Below the pieces are notes generated by a model, which had not been told where the DNA came from, ran no database searches, and saw only the letters and a program-made list of their open reading frames with translations. 64,000 bases of DNA from the human T2T-CHM13v2.0 reference genome, Homo sapiens. A program made the position numbers and the translations under genes. Every line of letters begins with the position of its first letter. The stretch's first letter is position 1. Shown in pieces: positions 43,928 to 57,746 of the stretch. The stretch lies in NCBI RefSeq assembly GCF_009914755.1, contig NC_060926.1. One strand, written 5' to 3'.

Positions 43928-46900
43928 CACATGCAAATATATGTTCATCACAGCACCATTCATAATAGCAAAGACATGGAATCAACCTAAATGCCCATCA
44001 ATGGTAGACTGGATAAAGAAAATGTGGTACATATACACCATGGAATACTACACAGCCATAAAAGAGAATGAGATCATGTCTTTTGCATCAACATGGATGG
44101 AGCTGGAGGCCATTATCCTAAGTGAACCAATGCAGGAACAGAAAGCCAAACACTGCATGTTCTCACTTACAGGTGGCAGCTAAACATTGAGTACACATGG
44201 GCACAAAGAAGGGAACAATAGACACTGGGGCTTACTTGGGGGTGGAGAGTGGGACAGGGTGAGGATTGAAAAGCTATCCATTGGGTACTATGCTTATCAC
44301 CTGGGTGATGAAATAATATGTACTCCAAACCCTCGCAACATGAAATTTATCTATAGAACCAACCGCACACGTGTATTCCTGAAACAAGAATAAAAGTTAA
44401 AATAAAATAAAATGGACTCCCACACTATGTTTGGTTAATATAATTACTAAGACTCTTTTTACCTTTACATTTTTCTTCTCCTCTTCTTTCTCCCATGCCA
44501 ACTACTTGTTGAAGACACCTGGTTTTTTTTCTTCTGTAGAATTTCCCACGTTCTGAATTGAGCTGATTATTTCCATTTGACTGTGTTTGCCTTCTTCTTT
44601 TATCTCTCATATTTTCTATAAACTGGCAGGTTAATAAGGTGGCATCATTAGATTCAGGTCAATGTGTTCTCTTTTAATAACACTTTTTTCTTTATACATG
44701 GTGTGCGGCACTTCCTAGTGCATTATATCAGCCACTTCCTTTCTACAGATGTCACAGTTGATGACTGGGGGCAGGTGTCGTTAATCTGAGCCATACTTGC
44801 TAAGTGTCCTCCTTAACCTTTCACTGATTTTTTTTAGCCATTGATAACCATTGTCCAGTTGATTAATTCATTAAGTATCACAAACTGTTGATTTCTATAA
44901 TTCTCTATCATTCCTGCTAAGTTCATTAGTTGATATTCTTATATAAAAAGAATTTTTCCTTCACCAATTATTTGGTTGCCCTGAAATATGGTTTATATCC
45001 AAAAGCGAGACTAAATTCCTGATTCTGACCCTTTTGTAGCAAGTTTCAGAATAAGGAGTTGGTATACCACAAAGCTAGAGCCCAGGACCGTGTGACACTA
45101 AGCCTTATTAAATTGCTCTTTAACTGGAGAGTTTAAAATGTTGTAAGAATAAAAGCAAAGTCTAAATGTCCCAGTTCTTTTTTGGCAGTCAGGTGGCTGT
45201 GGAGCCAGGATCCCTGAGATTCCCTGGTGCGGCTGTTTCAGAAGAAATGTCAGAGGTCACGAGGCGTCACTTGGTTGCACTTCATAGCAGTTACTGCCCT
45301 TTGCAGGCTGATTAGCCATCGCGATCAACCTGGAGTTTCAACACCTAGACGGCCAAGAGTCAGGTTTAATTAATAGCTTGGTGTCTGAGTCATATCCATT
45401 TATTGCCTCACTCCCCCTGCCCATGCTCCTGGCCACAAGGGCTGGAAGAGTGTGAGAGCACGTCTGCTCATCTCCTTCTCACTAGCTTTCCAGGGAAGTC
45501 AGGTGCCTTTGGAAGAAGAGAATTATGTGAGTAAATACAGTGTTTCTTCTCCAGCCCATGGGGGTGGCCTTTGTCAGCATCAGCAGAAAATCATAGATTG
45601 GAAGCGACTCGATGATTCTGCTGAGCTCGGCCTAGCATAGCAGCTGGAACAAAACACATTTCTATGTGCCCATGTGAATACCTGAAAATTGTTTTACCTT
45701 GGGCCTTCAAAATGGAAATGATTAAAAAAAAAAAAAACCTCCAGAAGGCACCAGTGCAATTGTGGGAGTTTCCATTAACTACCCTTGTCACACCTGCTGC
45801 TCTTCTCGGCTGAGGACAAGGGACAAGGTTGTCTCTGGCCACAGTTGCCCTTGGACAGGTGGGCCCTTCTCTAGACTCTGTTTCATCCCTACATTTGCAA
45901 TGTTCTTACTAATCCTAGATGGGAGAAACGAGCCCAGCTTTTAGTCTTCTCAAAGGAATCACATTAGATGAGAGACAGATTTAGAACTTTAATATTCTAT
46001 TCTCCACCCCACACCTCACACCCTGCTGCTCAGAACACCAAAGGGAAGATTCCTGTGCACAAGTGTCTTGGAGACAGGGGGTGGGGAGTGTCAGAGTAGA
46101 TTGCATCTGAGAATACAGAGAGAAAGGCAGGAGGTCGCAGAGAGCAGAGGAGTGCAGCTGGGTCTCAGAGACAGGTTCATCCCAAGGGGAGAACCCCATG
46201 CTCCTCTCTGGCTCCCGAGTTCCTGTTGGTCCTCTTCTTTGTTCCCCAAGGTCCCAGTTGTAACAGCTTTTTGCAGATCATCTAGTAATGAGTCTCTAGA
46301 AGAGCCAGTGTCTGTGGAGTGGCTGTGGTAAGCATGGGCACAGGACATATACTTTCTGCTTCTCCCATGCTTATTGTTGATGTGGCCACAGGGCAGAGAT
46401 GTCTGACAAAGAAAGAACTACCTTCTTTCTGAAGTCCAGTTGGGGTCCCCCAAGCATTTTTGGAGGCTGGCTAGTGCATGCTGTAGGCATGATGTTGTGG
46501 TCTGAACCAGCAGCCTCCTGTTCCCTGTCAAGGGATAATGTCTCCCCATTGGTGCTGGGTGGGGTAAGAAGTGGCATTTAGGATCAGCATTGCCCAGGCC
46601 AGGTGCTCAGAGCACCCTCACCCACAAACACACACAGGGACCATGGATGCCCTTGCCCTGGCTAACTCCAGATACCCCTGCCCTTTGAAGTTCAGTTCCT
46701 TCACCAGAAATTGTATTCCATAGTAATAAGCTTCTCTGTTCTAGAAACATTTATTTTGTTAATTTTACACAAAATGTCATAGTTTAAAAAATATCTGCAT
46801 ATCTGGAATATAGGGAGTACTTAATGAGTGTTTATTGAATGAATGAGTGTGTGAAGGGAGCAATAACAAAAATTACAACAGAAAACAATTCCACAACGGC

Positions 46901-47038
46901 ACTTCCAGAATAAATGGATTAAATCTCAATCCTTCTTTTCTAGGGCTCTTGTATGGTTGGAGCTGCTTACTTAGATAGTAGTGATAATTCTCATGCACGG
47001 AGACCAACAGGAGCCAATTCCCATAGACACACTGTCTC

Positions 47039-47487
47039 TGTCAACCTAAATAACAGAAAGACTCTCTAAAAGAAAATGATATTTATTTGGGAATAGGGCA
47101 TTGCAATGAGAAGATGAGTGCCACAGTGAACTATGTGTATGTTCAGGGAGATAAAAGAAGACAAAGGTTTTTAAAGGAAAAATGAGGAGGATTACACCAC
47201 TGTTTTGAGATAATTATCTTCGGCTACAAGGGTCAATAACAACGGTGATGCCAGTTGAGGTTGCACAGGAAGTTCCTGGGCAGGTGTCCTTACAGAAGTA
47301 TTTTTCGTGGGAAGTAGCAATGACCTTTGTGCAAGCTTGTGGTTTTTGTAGTCTTTTGTGATACATTTTGTTATCAGGCGTACGAGCATGAGAACCTTCT
47401 CTTCATGGCCTTCCCTGTCTCTATTTGTCAGGTGATTTTGGTTTGTTTAACAAAAGTGACTCCATTTTGATTCTGACAACTTTGACA
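47039..47487 (-). mobile_element. ERV1 solo LTR (MER31-like)
   Basis: TG...CA termini 'tgtcaacctaaataac' / 'ctccattttgattctgacaactttgaca'; approximate 4-bp TSD tctc / gctc. Confidence 0.7.
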
Positions 47488-48444
47488 GCTCCAATGCCAC
47501 GACCTTGAAGCCTGGTATTGCTACCTGTTGTTTTACATGTGAGGCCACTGAGGATGGAGGAGCTGAGCACAACTGATTAGGGATGCCTGGCAGATCTGGG
47601 CTTGTGCTCTTGCTCCACATGGCTCCCAGGGCTGCCGTGTGCATGGAGCAAATGAGTGGAAGGTCGTGAAGCACTGCTTCGTGGAAAGAGTCGCAGAGCA
47701 AGCCATTACATGCACAAGAGCTCATGCAGCCTGCAGGAGACCCACACTCAAGCAATGCCCAGCTCACTCTTCATATATGAGCCCTGCAGGACTGTGTCCA
47801 CTCAGAGGGGTCACTAGTCTTGTTTACAGAGACTCAGTGTCCCCCTTGCATCCATCCAGAAAGGGGACAGCTTTCTATCTCATAAAGGATGGATATGTGG
47901 GAAGCTGTCTCCATCAACACTTATTTCAGAATCAAGAAGGTCGTGAGTATTTAGTGTCTCTACCTAAAGGATAGACTGAAACTCACTTGGCAAGTCAAAT
48001 CACATCTCTCCTTTGCTTCAACTCTTCCAGAGATCCATCACACTCAGAATAAAATCTGAAGCCAGATCAAGGCCTCCACGTCCGCAGCCCAGCCTTGTCT
48101 GCCTTTTCACCTCCCTGTTCCCCGCCCCTCTTGCTCACTTCTGCCTGTGCAGTGGCTGGTCCCTCTGCCTGGCACTCTCTTTCCTCACCTTCCTCATAAT
48201 TCAGACGTCAGGTGGTTGAGGTCTTTCCTGAGGACCCTGTGTGATGAAGGCCATCCTGTCCTCTGCTCCTCTCTCCCATCACGATGTCAGTTGGATGGTT
48301 TCTGCGGGGGTCCAGGAGGGTCTGTATGCCCCTCTCCATCTCAGTTTCCTCTATTGTTAACATCTTGCAGTAGTGTAATACTTTTATTAAAATTGATGAG
48401 CTAATATTGATAGATGATGATGATGATGACGATGATGATTACTC

Positions 48445-48762
48445 TTAGAGAGAGGGTCTTATTCTCTCACCCAGGCTGGAGTGCCGTGGTGTGATCTAGT
48501 TCATTGTAACCTTGAATTCCTGGACTCAAACAGTCCCCCACCCCAGTCTCAAGTGGCTAAGACCACAGGCATACACCACCATGCCTGACTAGGACCACAG
48601 GTGCACAGCACCACACCTAGTTTTTAAAATTATTTTTTGTAGAGATGAGGTTTCATTACGTTATGTTGCCCAGGTTGGTCTCGATCTCCTTGCCTCAAGC
48701 AATCCTAACACCTTGGCCCCCCAAAGGCTGGGATTATAGACATCAGCCACCATGCCTGGCCT
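48445..48762 (-). mobile_element. AluJ with short internal duplication, within the left arm
   Basis: Antisense AluJ next to a (GAT)n tract; mirrored at 51393-51712. Confidence 0.88.
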
Positions 48763-49040
48763 AATGCATTATGATTAACTAAAGTAGTTTACATTGAGGT
48801 TTCCTGTTGGTGTTAAACACTCTATGGGGTTTCACAAATGCAAAATGCCATGTATCCACCATGACAGTATCATACAGATTAGATTCACTGCCCTAAAAAT
48901 CCCCTGTGCTCCACCTGTTCATCTTTTCTTCCTACTGGTTCCAAACATGATATTTTTACTTTCTCATAGTTTTGCCTTTTCTATTAAATAGAATGTCATA
49001 TAGTTGAAGTCATGATTATGTAGCCTTTTTGACTTAGTAA

Positions 49041-49429
<389 letters not shown>

Positions 49430-49444
49430 GTAAATTATAGTTCT

Positions 49445-50010
49445 TTAAAAAAATCTATTCACTTATTGAAAGTTATCTTGATTGCTTCCAATTTTTGGCA
49501 GTTGTAAATAAAGCTGCTATAAACACTTGTGTATAGGTTTTTGTGTAGACATTAAGTTTTCAACTCATTTGGGTAAATAGTCAGGAGCACAGTTGCTGGA
49601 TCATATCATAAGACTAGTTTTAGCTTTGTAAGAAACTGCCAAACTGTCTTCCAAAATCACTGAGTCGTTTTTGCATTCCCACCAGCAATAAACAGGAGTT
49701 CCTGTTGCTCCACATCCTTGCCAGCATTTGGTGGTTTTGGTATTTTTGGAATTGGGTCATTTTAAAAGGTGCGTAGTGGTCTCTCATTGTTGTTTTAATT
49801 TGCAATTCCCTAATGATATTTGATATTGAACATCTTTTCATATGCTTATTTGTCATCTGTATATCTTCTCTGGTGAGGTGTCAGCTCAGATCTTTTGCTC
49901 ATGTCTTAATTGTTTGTTTTCTTATTGACATGTTTTAAGAGTTCTTTGCATATTTTAAATACAAATTCTTCATCAAATATGTATTTTGCAATATTTTCTC
50001 CAAGTTGTAG
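49445..50010 (-). mobile_element. L1M fragment forming the spacer of the inverted repeat
   Basis: ORF 49620..49856(-) is an L1 ORF2 remnant; continuous with the L1MC-like 3' UTR in the left arm. Confidence 0.85.
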
Positions 50011-50037
50011 GGTTGGAGAACTACAACTATAATTTAT

Positions 50038-50863
<826 letters not shown>

Positions 50864-50940
50864 CCTATTTCCTCATGGCTTTGACTGATATTTTTTCTGT
50901 ATACTTCTGCATTATTTGAATATCTCACAATGAAAATGAA

Positions 50941-51020
50941 GAGATCACACCACTGCACTCCAGCCTGGGGACAGAGCAAGGCTCCGTCTCAAAAAAAAAA
51001 AAAAAAAAGAAAAAAGAAAA
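50941..51020 (+). mobile_element. Alu 3'-terminal fragment with A tail
   Basis: 'gagatcacaccactgcactccagcctggggacagagcaaggctccgtctc' + A tail, followed by aactataattta. Confidence 0.9.
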
Positions 51021-51392
51021 CTATAATTTACATCCATGCAACATAGTGATAAAGAGATAAAAAGACATGTGCTCTCAGGCCACAAAAAGACACGGAGAAA
51101 ATAAATGCATATTACTAAGTCAAAAGGGCTGCATAATCATATGACTTCAACTATATGACATTCTATTTAATAGAAAAGGCAAAACTATGAGAAAGTAAAA
51201 ATATCATGTTTGGAGCCAGTAGGAAGAGAAGATGAACAGGTGGAGCACAGGGGATTTTTAGGGCAGTGAATCTAATCTGTATGATACTGTCATGGTGGAT
51301 ACATGGCATTTTGCATTTGTGAAACCCCATAGAGTGTTTAACACCAACAGGAAACCTCAATGTAAACTACTTTTAGTTAATCATAATGCATT

Positions 51393-51712
51393 AGGCCAGG
51401 CATGGTGGCTGATGTCTGTAATCCCAGCCTTTGGGGGGCCAAGGTGTTAGGATTGCTTGAGGCAAGGAGTTTGAGACCAACCTGGGCAACATAATGAAAC
51501 CTCATCTCTACAAAAAATATTTTAAAAACTAGGTGTGGTGGTGTGCACCTGTGGTCCTAGCCAGGTGTGGTGGTGTATGCCTGTGGTCTTAGCCACTTGG
51601 GAGGGAGGCTGAGGTGGGGGACTGTTTGAGTCCAGGAATTCAAGGTTACAATGAACTATATCACACCATGGCACTCCAGCCTGGGTGAAAGAATAAGACC
51701 CTCTCTCTAAGA
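51393..51712 (+). mobile_element. AluJ, mirror copy in the right arm
   Basis: Reverse complement of 48445-48762, followed by (CAT)n. Confidence 0.88.
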
Positions 51713-51714
51713 GT

Positions 51715-51745
<31 letters not shown>

Positions 51746-52546
51746 TATCAATATTAGCTCATCAATTTTAATAAAAGTATTACACTACTGCAAGATGTTA
51801 ACAATAGAGGAAACTGAGATGGAGAGGGGCATATGGACCCTCCTGGACCCCCGCAGAAACCATCCAACTGACATCGTGATGGGAGAGAGGAGCAGAGGAC
51901 AGGATGGCCTTCATCACACAGGGTCCTCAGGAAAGACCTCAACCACCTGACGTCTGAATTATGAGGAAGGTGAGGAAAGAGAGTGCCAGGCAGAGGGACC
52001 AGCCACTGCACAGGCAGAAGTGAGCAAGAGGGGTGGGGAACAGGGAGGTGAAAAGGCAGACAAGGCTGGGCTGCGGACGTGGAGGCCTTGATCTGGCTTC
52101 AGATTTTATTCTGAGTGTGATGGATTTCTGAAAGAGTTGAAGCAAAGGAGAGATGTGATTTGACTTGCCAAGTGAGTTTCAGTCTAACCTTTAGGTAGAG
52201 ACACTAAATACTCATGAACTTCTTGATTCTGAAATAAGTGTTGATGGAGACAGCTTCCCACATATCCATCCTTTATGAGATAGAAAGCTGTCCCCTTTCT
52301 GGATGGATGCAAGGGGGACACTGAGTCTCTGTAAACAAGACTAGTGACCCCTCCGAGTGGACACAGTCCGGCGGGGCTCACATATGAAGAGTGAGCTGGG
52401 CATTGCTTGAGTGTGGGTCTCCTGCAGGCTGCATGAGCTCTTGTGCATATAAGGGTTTGCTCTGCGACTGTTTCCATGAAGCAGTGCTTCATGACCTTCC
52501 ACTCATCTGCTCCACACACACGGCAGCCCTGGAAGCTATGTGGAGC

Positions 52547-52584
<38 letters not shown>

Positions 52585-52592
52585 GTATATAT
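52547..52592. repeat. (TA)n(CA)n microsatellite
   Basis: Directly visible in the sequence. Confidence 0.95.
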
Positions 52593-54172
52593 TTGAACAT
52601 CATATTTTAAAACTTCTGATGGCTGTAAAACATGCCATTACTCTTAGACTTTGTTATATGTTTTGGTAATTGGCCTGGTGCCTTTCCCCTTTCTTTGAGC
52701 CATGAGAGTCATAAACTCTTAAAATCACCAGAGTAATACAGAGAAGAGAAGACAAAGCCTGTGGCGGCTTCCAGAACTATCACCAGAATCACTGAACCAG
52801 GAAGTATATTATTTCAAATCCAGCTGGAAGAACATTCAAAGAGTTTTAAAGCCATTGCACTTTCACTTCCCAACTCAGTATCATTTCCCACACATATTCA
52901 GCCACTTTCCAATCTTATAACGAGCCAAAATCCATGACAGCCCTGTCTGAGGTTGTCTTCAGTGTGTGGGTGTTATTTGTGTTATTTGCAGTTAAATGAG
53001 TCCTTTGAGGCCCCCATCTGGTGCTCGTTCATATTGTCTTGAAGACTCTTCGCAAGTTAAGGAAGCTTGCTGAAGGAACCTGCTGAAGAACCCAAAGATC
53101 GTTCCAAGATGAATCTTTGTAAAAACTGCATGCATTTATCCCAATATCCAAGTCCTCAAGTCAAAATAAAATGTGTGCTGAAGTTCTACAAATGGCACTG
53201 AAAAAAAGGTAGGAAAGGTCAAGGATCTCATCTCTGATTTTAATGCATAGAGTTAAACAAACAAGGAAAATGAGGGATGGGAATTTAGACACTGCCATGA
53301 TACTGGTTAGAGAAAGGCAGAAAGAAGGAAAAAGCATTATGTAGTACAGAGGCTTTCACCAGGACACACAGGAGAAGGAAATTACAAACCCAGGCAGTTG
53401 AGTGTGGACTCTACCCATTAACCTGAGCACCTTGTAGAGCCCACTCCAATTTCCTAGGAATATTTTCCCCATCACTGGCCCTTTGCTTTAGAAACTTGCA
53501 GGAACTAAAGGAGAAACAAGGATGGCTTATTGCAGTCTGTGGAGATGCACACGACAGTGGAAACACTCATAACAATATTGAGAGCTAAGTTAAAAGGAAA
53601 GTGAATTTTGCGGAAAAATAAAATGCCTGTTGATTACATTTTCTTCCCCATTAGTACCAAATGAACATTTTCCATTTCTCTCATCTGCTCTGGACTCCAA
53701 GATGGGTATCCTTTTTAAGATCCACAATTAATCACCTGATGGAAAGAGGCAGGGGATGTGGGTGGGGAGTGAGCAAGCAGGTATGAGAACAGAGGCAACC
53801 AGATCTGCGGGGAAAGGCACAATTATAGCCATGTGAGAGGCTTGCCCTATGGGCAGTAATTTCCATTTACCCACAGGTTTCCATTCTGCCGAATGCAAAC
53901 AGCAGGAAAACAAGCAGATAGCCGTATGAAATAATACATCTTCCTTCGCTTGTGTTGGCTACACAATTGGGAAGCCTGATGTCGGAGAAAAAACACTGTT
54001 AGGAATTTTAGTTTTCAAATTATGAAATGTTCATCTGGTACTTGAAAGGGAAACGTGTGCCTGGAAGAAGATGAGCACACATGGGCACAGCCCAGGCACA
54101 TCCTTCCATCTTATCATTTAATATCTCATTATTGCAAGTCAGCAGGGAATGCAGGCACCTGGCATCATCTCA

Positions 54173-54223
54173 CCACTCCAGCCCGGGCGACAGTGCAAGG
54201 GTCCGTCTCAAACAAACAAACAT
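54173..54223 (+). mobile_element. Short Alu 3' fragment
   Basis: 'cactccagcccgggcgacagtgcaagggtccgtctcaaacaaacaaac'. Confidence 0.7.
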
Positions 54224-54809
54224 GTAAACAAACACTCCATTTGCCTCTCTCTCTTTCTCCTTTCTTCTTTTGCCTCTCCTGTGAAAAGTGGGTAGATGGG
54301 TATGCATTCAAATTACCTACTTAGGGAGACAAAAAGGCCACTTTTGAATTCTAAGTTCAACGTCTACTAACCCAACTGTATATCTGAGGAAGAAAATGTT
54401 TTTTAAACAGTTTCTTCTGTCTCTTTTTGCAAACAGTGTTAAAGGGGGTATGTAATAATTTCTTAAATTCCCTTTGCTTGATTTAAATTGATTAAAATAT
54501 TGGTTGGCCATCTTATACTTAATCATTCAACAATATTTTTTCAGGCCTGTATTATGGGCAAGTCATTTTGCTAGATCTGGGGTACAAAGATGACTAAAGC
54601 ATAATTGTTTTACTCAAGGAGCTCCAAGTTTAGAAGGAAAGGCCAGAAGTAGATCCTGACATTCACAAGATAAACATTATTAAAGCTTTTGAGGTTGATT
54701 TCATAATCTGTTTCTCCCCATAACATGCAATAAGTTAAAACTGAAAAATTAATCTCATTCTAGTCCTTTATAATGCTTAAAGAGTCATTAATTAATTAAG
54801 CAATTAATT

Positions 54810-55845
54810 AATTTAAATATTTGCTGAACATCTATTAAGCATCAAAGGCTCTCATGGAGCTTACTTTTATGTCAGAAAGTGATAAAGGCCATGAAGAAAA
54901 AGGTAGGTTAGGGGAATAAAGAGAGATTGAAGACAAAGCTTTTTTTAATGGAATGATCAGGGAAGGCCTCTTTAAGAGGGTGACATTTGAACAGAGAGGG
55001 AGTGAGCCACACAGATATCTGAGGAAAGAGCAGGTGCATATGATCTGAGGCAGGAATAAGTCAGGCACACTCAAGGAATAGCCAGGAAGCCAACTTGGCT
55101 ATAGAAGTGGAAGGAGAAGTAAATGATGAGGAAGAGAAGAAGTGAAGGTCCGTTGTGCATGGAAGGTCTATTGTGCATAGTTGCACTTCGTAAGGATTTT
55201 AGATTAAATCCTGGGCCCAACAAGAAAAGCAGGTAATGGGCTGTGGAAACAGTTTTGGTAGATGTTGGTAACCTGAACTAGAACAAAGATGGTGAGAAGG
55301 GCAGATTCTAGTTCCATGGTAGAGATAGAGCCAACAGGATTTGATAATAGATTATGTTATGGGATGAGAAATAAATGACTGGTGGCCAGGAGTAGGCATT
55401 TATTGAGATGGAAAGGGTGAAGGGGTAGGGAATGGGGAGGAATGAAGAACGGGTTTGGGCTTGCATTTTTGAATAGGAAACAAAGGGATACGGAGAGTGG
55501 AAGCAACTGTGAGTCTGGAGTTTGGGGTGATGTGGGGGAGATCTGGATCTGAGAGTCCTGGGTGTAGGTGTTATTTGCAGCCCTAGGTCAGGCTGATATC
55601 CCCTGGAGACTAAAAATAGAGAGACTTGAGGAGTGAAGGCTGAGATCTGGACCACTCTAGGCTGCAGATGTTGGGAAGACGAGGAAGAATCTGGAAAGAT
55701 GACTGAGGGGGTATGAATAGTAAGATAGGACAGCTAAGAGAAACTGGGCTTCTGAATGCGAAGTGAAAAAATGCTTTAAGGAAGAAAAGCTCAACTTTGA
55801 CATGAAAAGCTCAACTTTGACATGCTGCTGAGAGGCTGACTTAAG
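54810..55845 (-). mobile_element. L2 remnant
   Basis: 'tcagggaaggcctctttaagagggtgacatttgaacagag' and 'gtgagtctggagtttgggg'. Confidence 0.75.
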
Positions 55846-55987
55846 GTGGAAATTTTACTTTCTTTTTCCACTTTTTGCCAGCCCTGAAAGTTAGCTTTTA
55901 CATCTGCATATATTAAGAGCTAGTGGTAGCTTTCTTTTCTTCTTTTTAAAGAATCAAGGTTTTCAACTCTTAATAAAATATATTGCA

Positions 55988-56640
55988 CGTAGTCAGTCTG
56001 TTTGGGATACTGTAACAAAATACCTTAGACTGGGTAATTTATAAATAGTAGAAACTTATTTTCTCACAGTTCTGGAGGCTGGGAAGTCCAAGATCAGAGC
56101 ACCAGAAGATTCAATGTTTGGTGGGGGCCTGCCTTCTGCTTCATAGGTGGTGTCTCTTCTCACATCCTCACATGGCAGAAGGGGCAAACTGCTCCCCTGT
56201 GTCTTTTTTTTTTTTGCAGATAACAAATGAGTAACAGGATATCTTGGGGAAAATAAAATGAAAAACAAAACTGTATCATTTTACAAATGTAAATACAGAG
56301 AAAAATTCTATATGGAAGCACATGAACTTCATAACAATAAACTTCATAACAATGTTACTCCTATACAGGAGGAGACGGGATTAGGACATGGAATACGGTC
56401 AAGCATAGGGAAATTGTATCCTGGGATGCCTGGGACAGTCCACATTTATTCTTGTTTTAATTACTGGTTGACTTAACTTATTTCCCTTGTGTCTCTTTCA
56501 TAAGGTCACTAATTCTGTTCACTATGGCTCCACACTCATGACTTAGTCACCTCCTAAAAGCTGCACATTTTAATACTAACATATTGGCAACTGAATTTCA
56601 ACATGAATTTTGAAGGAACACAAGTATTCAGACCATAGCA
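55988..56640 (-). mobile_element. MaLR solo LTR (MST/MLT1A-like), interrupted by an orphan insertion
   Basis: 'cttattttctcacagttctggaggctgggaagtccaagatca' ... 'attcagaccatagca'. Confidence 0.85.
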
Positions 56641-57746
56641 CATATGTAAGAGTTAGAGAACAAAAAAAGATGAGTTTGTGCTGAGATGGACTGCTAAGCT
56701 GTGGGCTAGATTGTCTTACTAGTTACATCGATCTCACAACATTTGTATTTCACATAGCTACTTCAGCAAAAAGAAATTTTCTGTATGTCCTTGACCTTTG
56801 AGTCTGATACCATGTAATTGAAATTTCAAGAGTTAAATTTATAAATGCTAGGACCAGACAACAAAGAGTTCCAAGGATTGTGATAGAGAACATGTACAAT
56901 TTGGGCATAAAAATAGGAATCATCAATTTTGCCTTCAATGTGGTTTATTTATTTATAACCTGCCTTGTTCCAAACTGTAATCTTCCAGCAGGTAAAATCT
57001 ATGTCTAAAATACTCATTGTTGGCAGCAACTTAGACTAAGTGCCTGGGGGTGGAACAAAGATTAAAAAATGCGTGGAGGCAGAAATCTTCTGTTGACTCA
57101 CTTTGGTCAATGTGTAGATGTTGCATTCCTCTCAAATTTTTAGGTTTTCACTGATATGGTCATTTAGACGCTAACCCCTCAGGCCAAATCCAGCCCACAA
57201 GCATATTTTGTCTGGTGTACACAACGTTGGCTCACATTTAAAAATTGGGAGTTTTCACATGAAAATTCACAGTTATTGCTCCTTGTGAAAAAACAATTGC
57301 AACTATTCCATTTATCAATTTAAATTACCTGAGTAATCATTTTATTGATTTAAATTACCTGAGTAAGACTTACAATCAAGTTTGCATTCGCTGATCCACA
57401 GGATGATTTATTTATCATATAAATTGTTACAACTGCATTTTCTTTCAATACAACCTCATGTGGCTTCCCCATAAACATTTTTCAAGATGACAAAATCAAA
57501 TCTTCCTTTGTGTGCTACATGGTTTTGGATGCTGTTAAATTTTATTTAAATAATTGTTTTTAATATGTCAAAATGAAATGTATATGGTTCTGATAGAGTT
57601 AATAAGTATATGTGGCCATATTTTCCAGAGTCAAAGTACTGTAAATAATTGATAAGTTGACTCATTTTGGGAGTGCATATCCCCCAGGTTAGACCATCTA
57701 AACTCACCATGCTCCATTTTCTGAAATGGCTTTCATTAGTTGATTT

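Larger units (their letters stand above)
37945..44408 (+). mobile_element. Near full-length degraded primate L1 (L1PA15/16-like): 5' UTR, ORF1, ORF2 and 3' UTR, inserted into an older L1MC
   Basis: Collinear ORF1/ORF2 peptide remnants (38706..38921, 40439..40705, 40876..41235, 42317..42649, 43941..44183) with many stops and frameshifts. Approximate TSD taaaatggaaccca / taaaatggactccca. Host L1MC-like text lies on both sides (37550-37930, 44410-45070). Confidence 0.9.

Noticed and set aside
37945-44408. Possible active full-length L1
   Set aside because: ORF1 and ORF2 are broken by many stops and frameshifts and by two Alus and a THE1 LTR.
45200-46700. GC-richer unique stretch with several short ORFs as a possible promoter or exons
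   Set aside because: No CpG island, no coherent splice pattern and no recognisable peptide; regulatory function cannot be supported from sequence alone.
57318-57366. 19-bp direct repeat atttaaattacctgagtaa; similar 17-bp repeat at ~19246-19283
   Set aside because: Ordinary short slippage duplications with no further structure.
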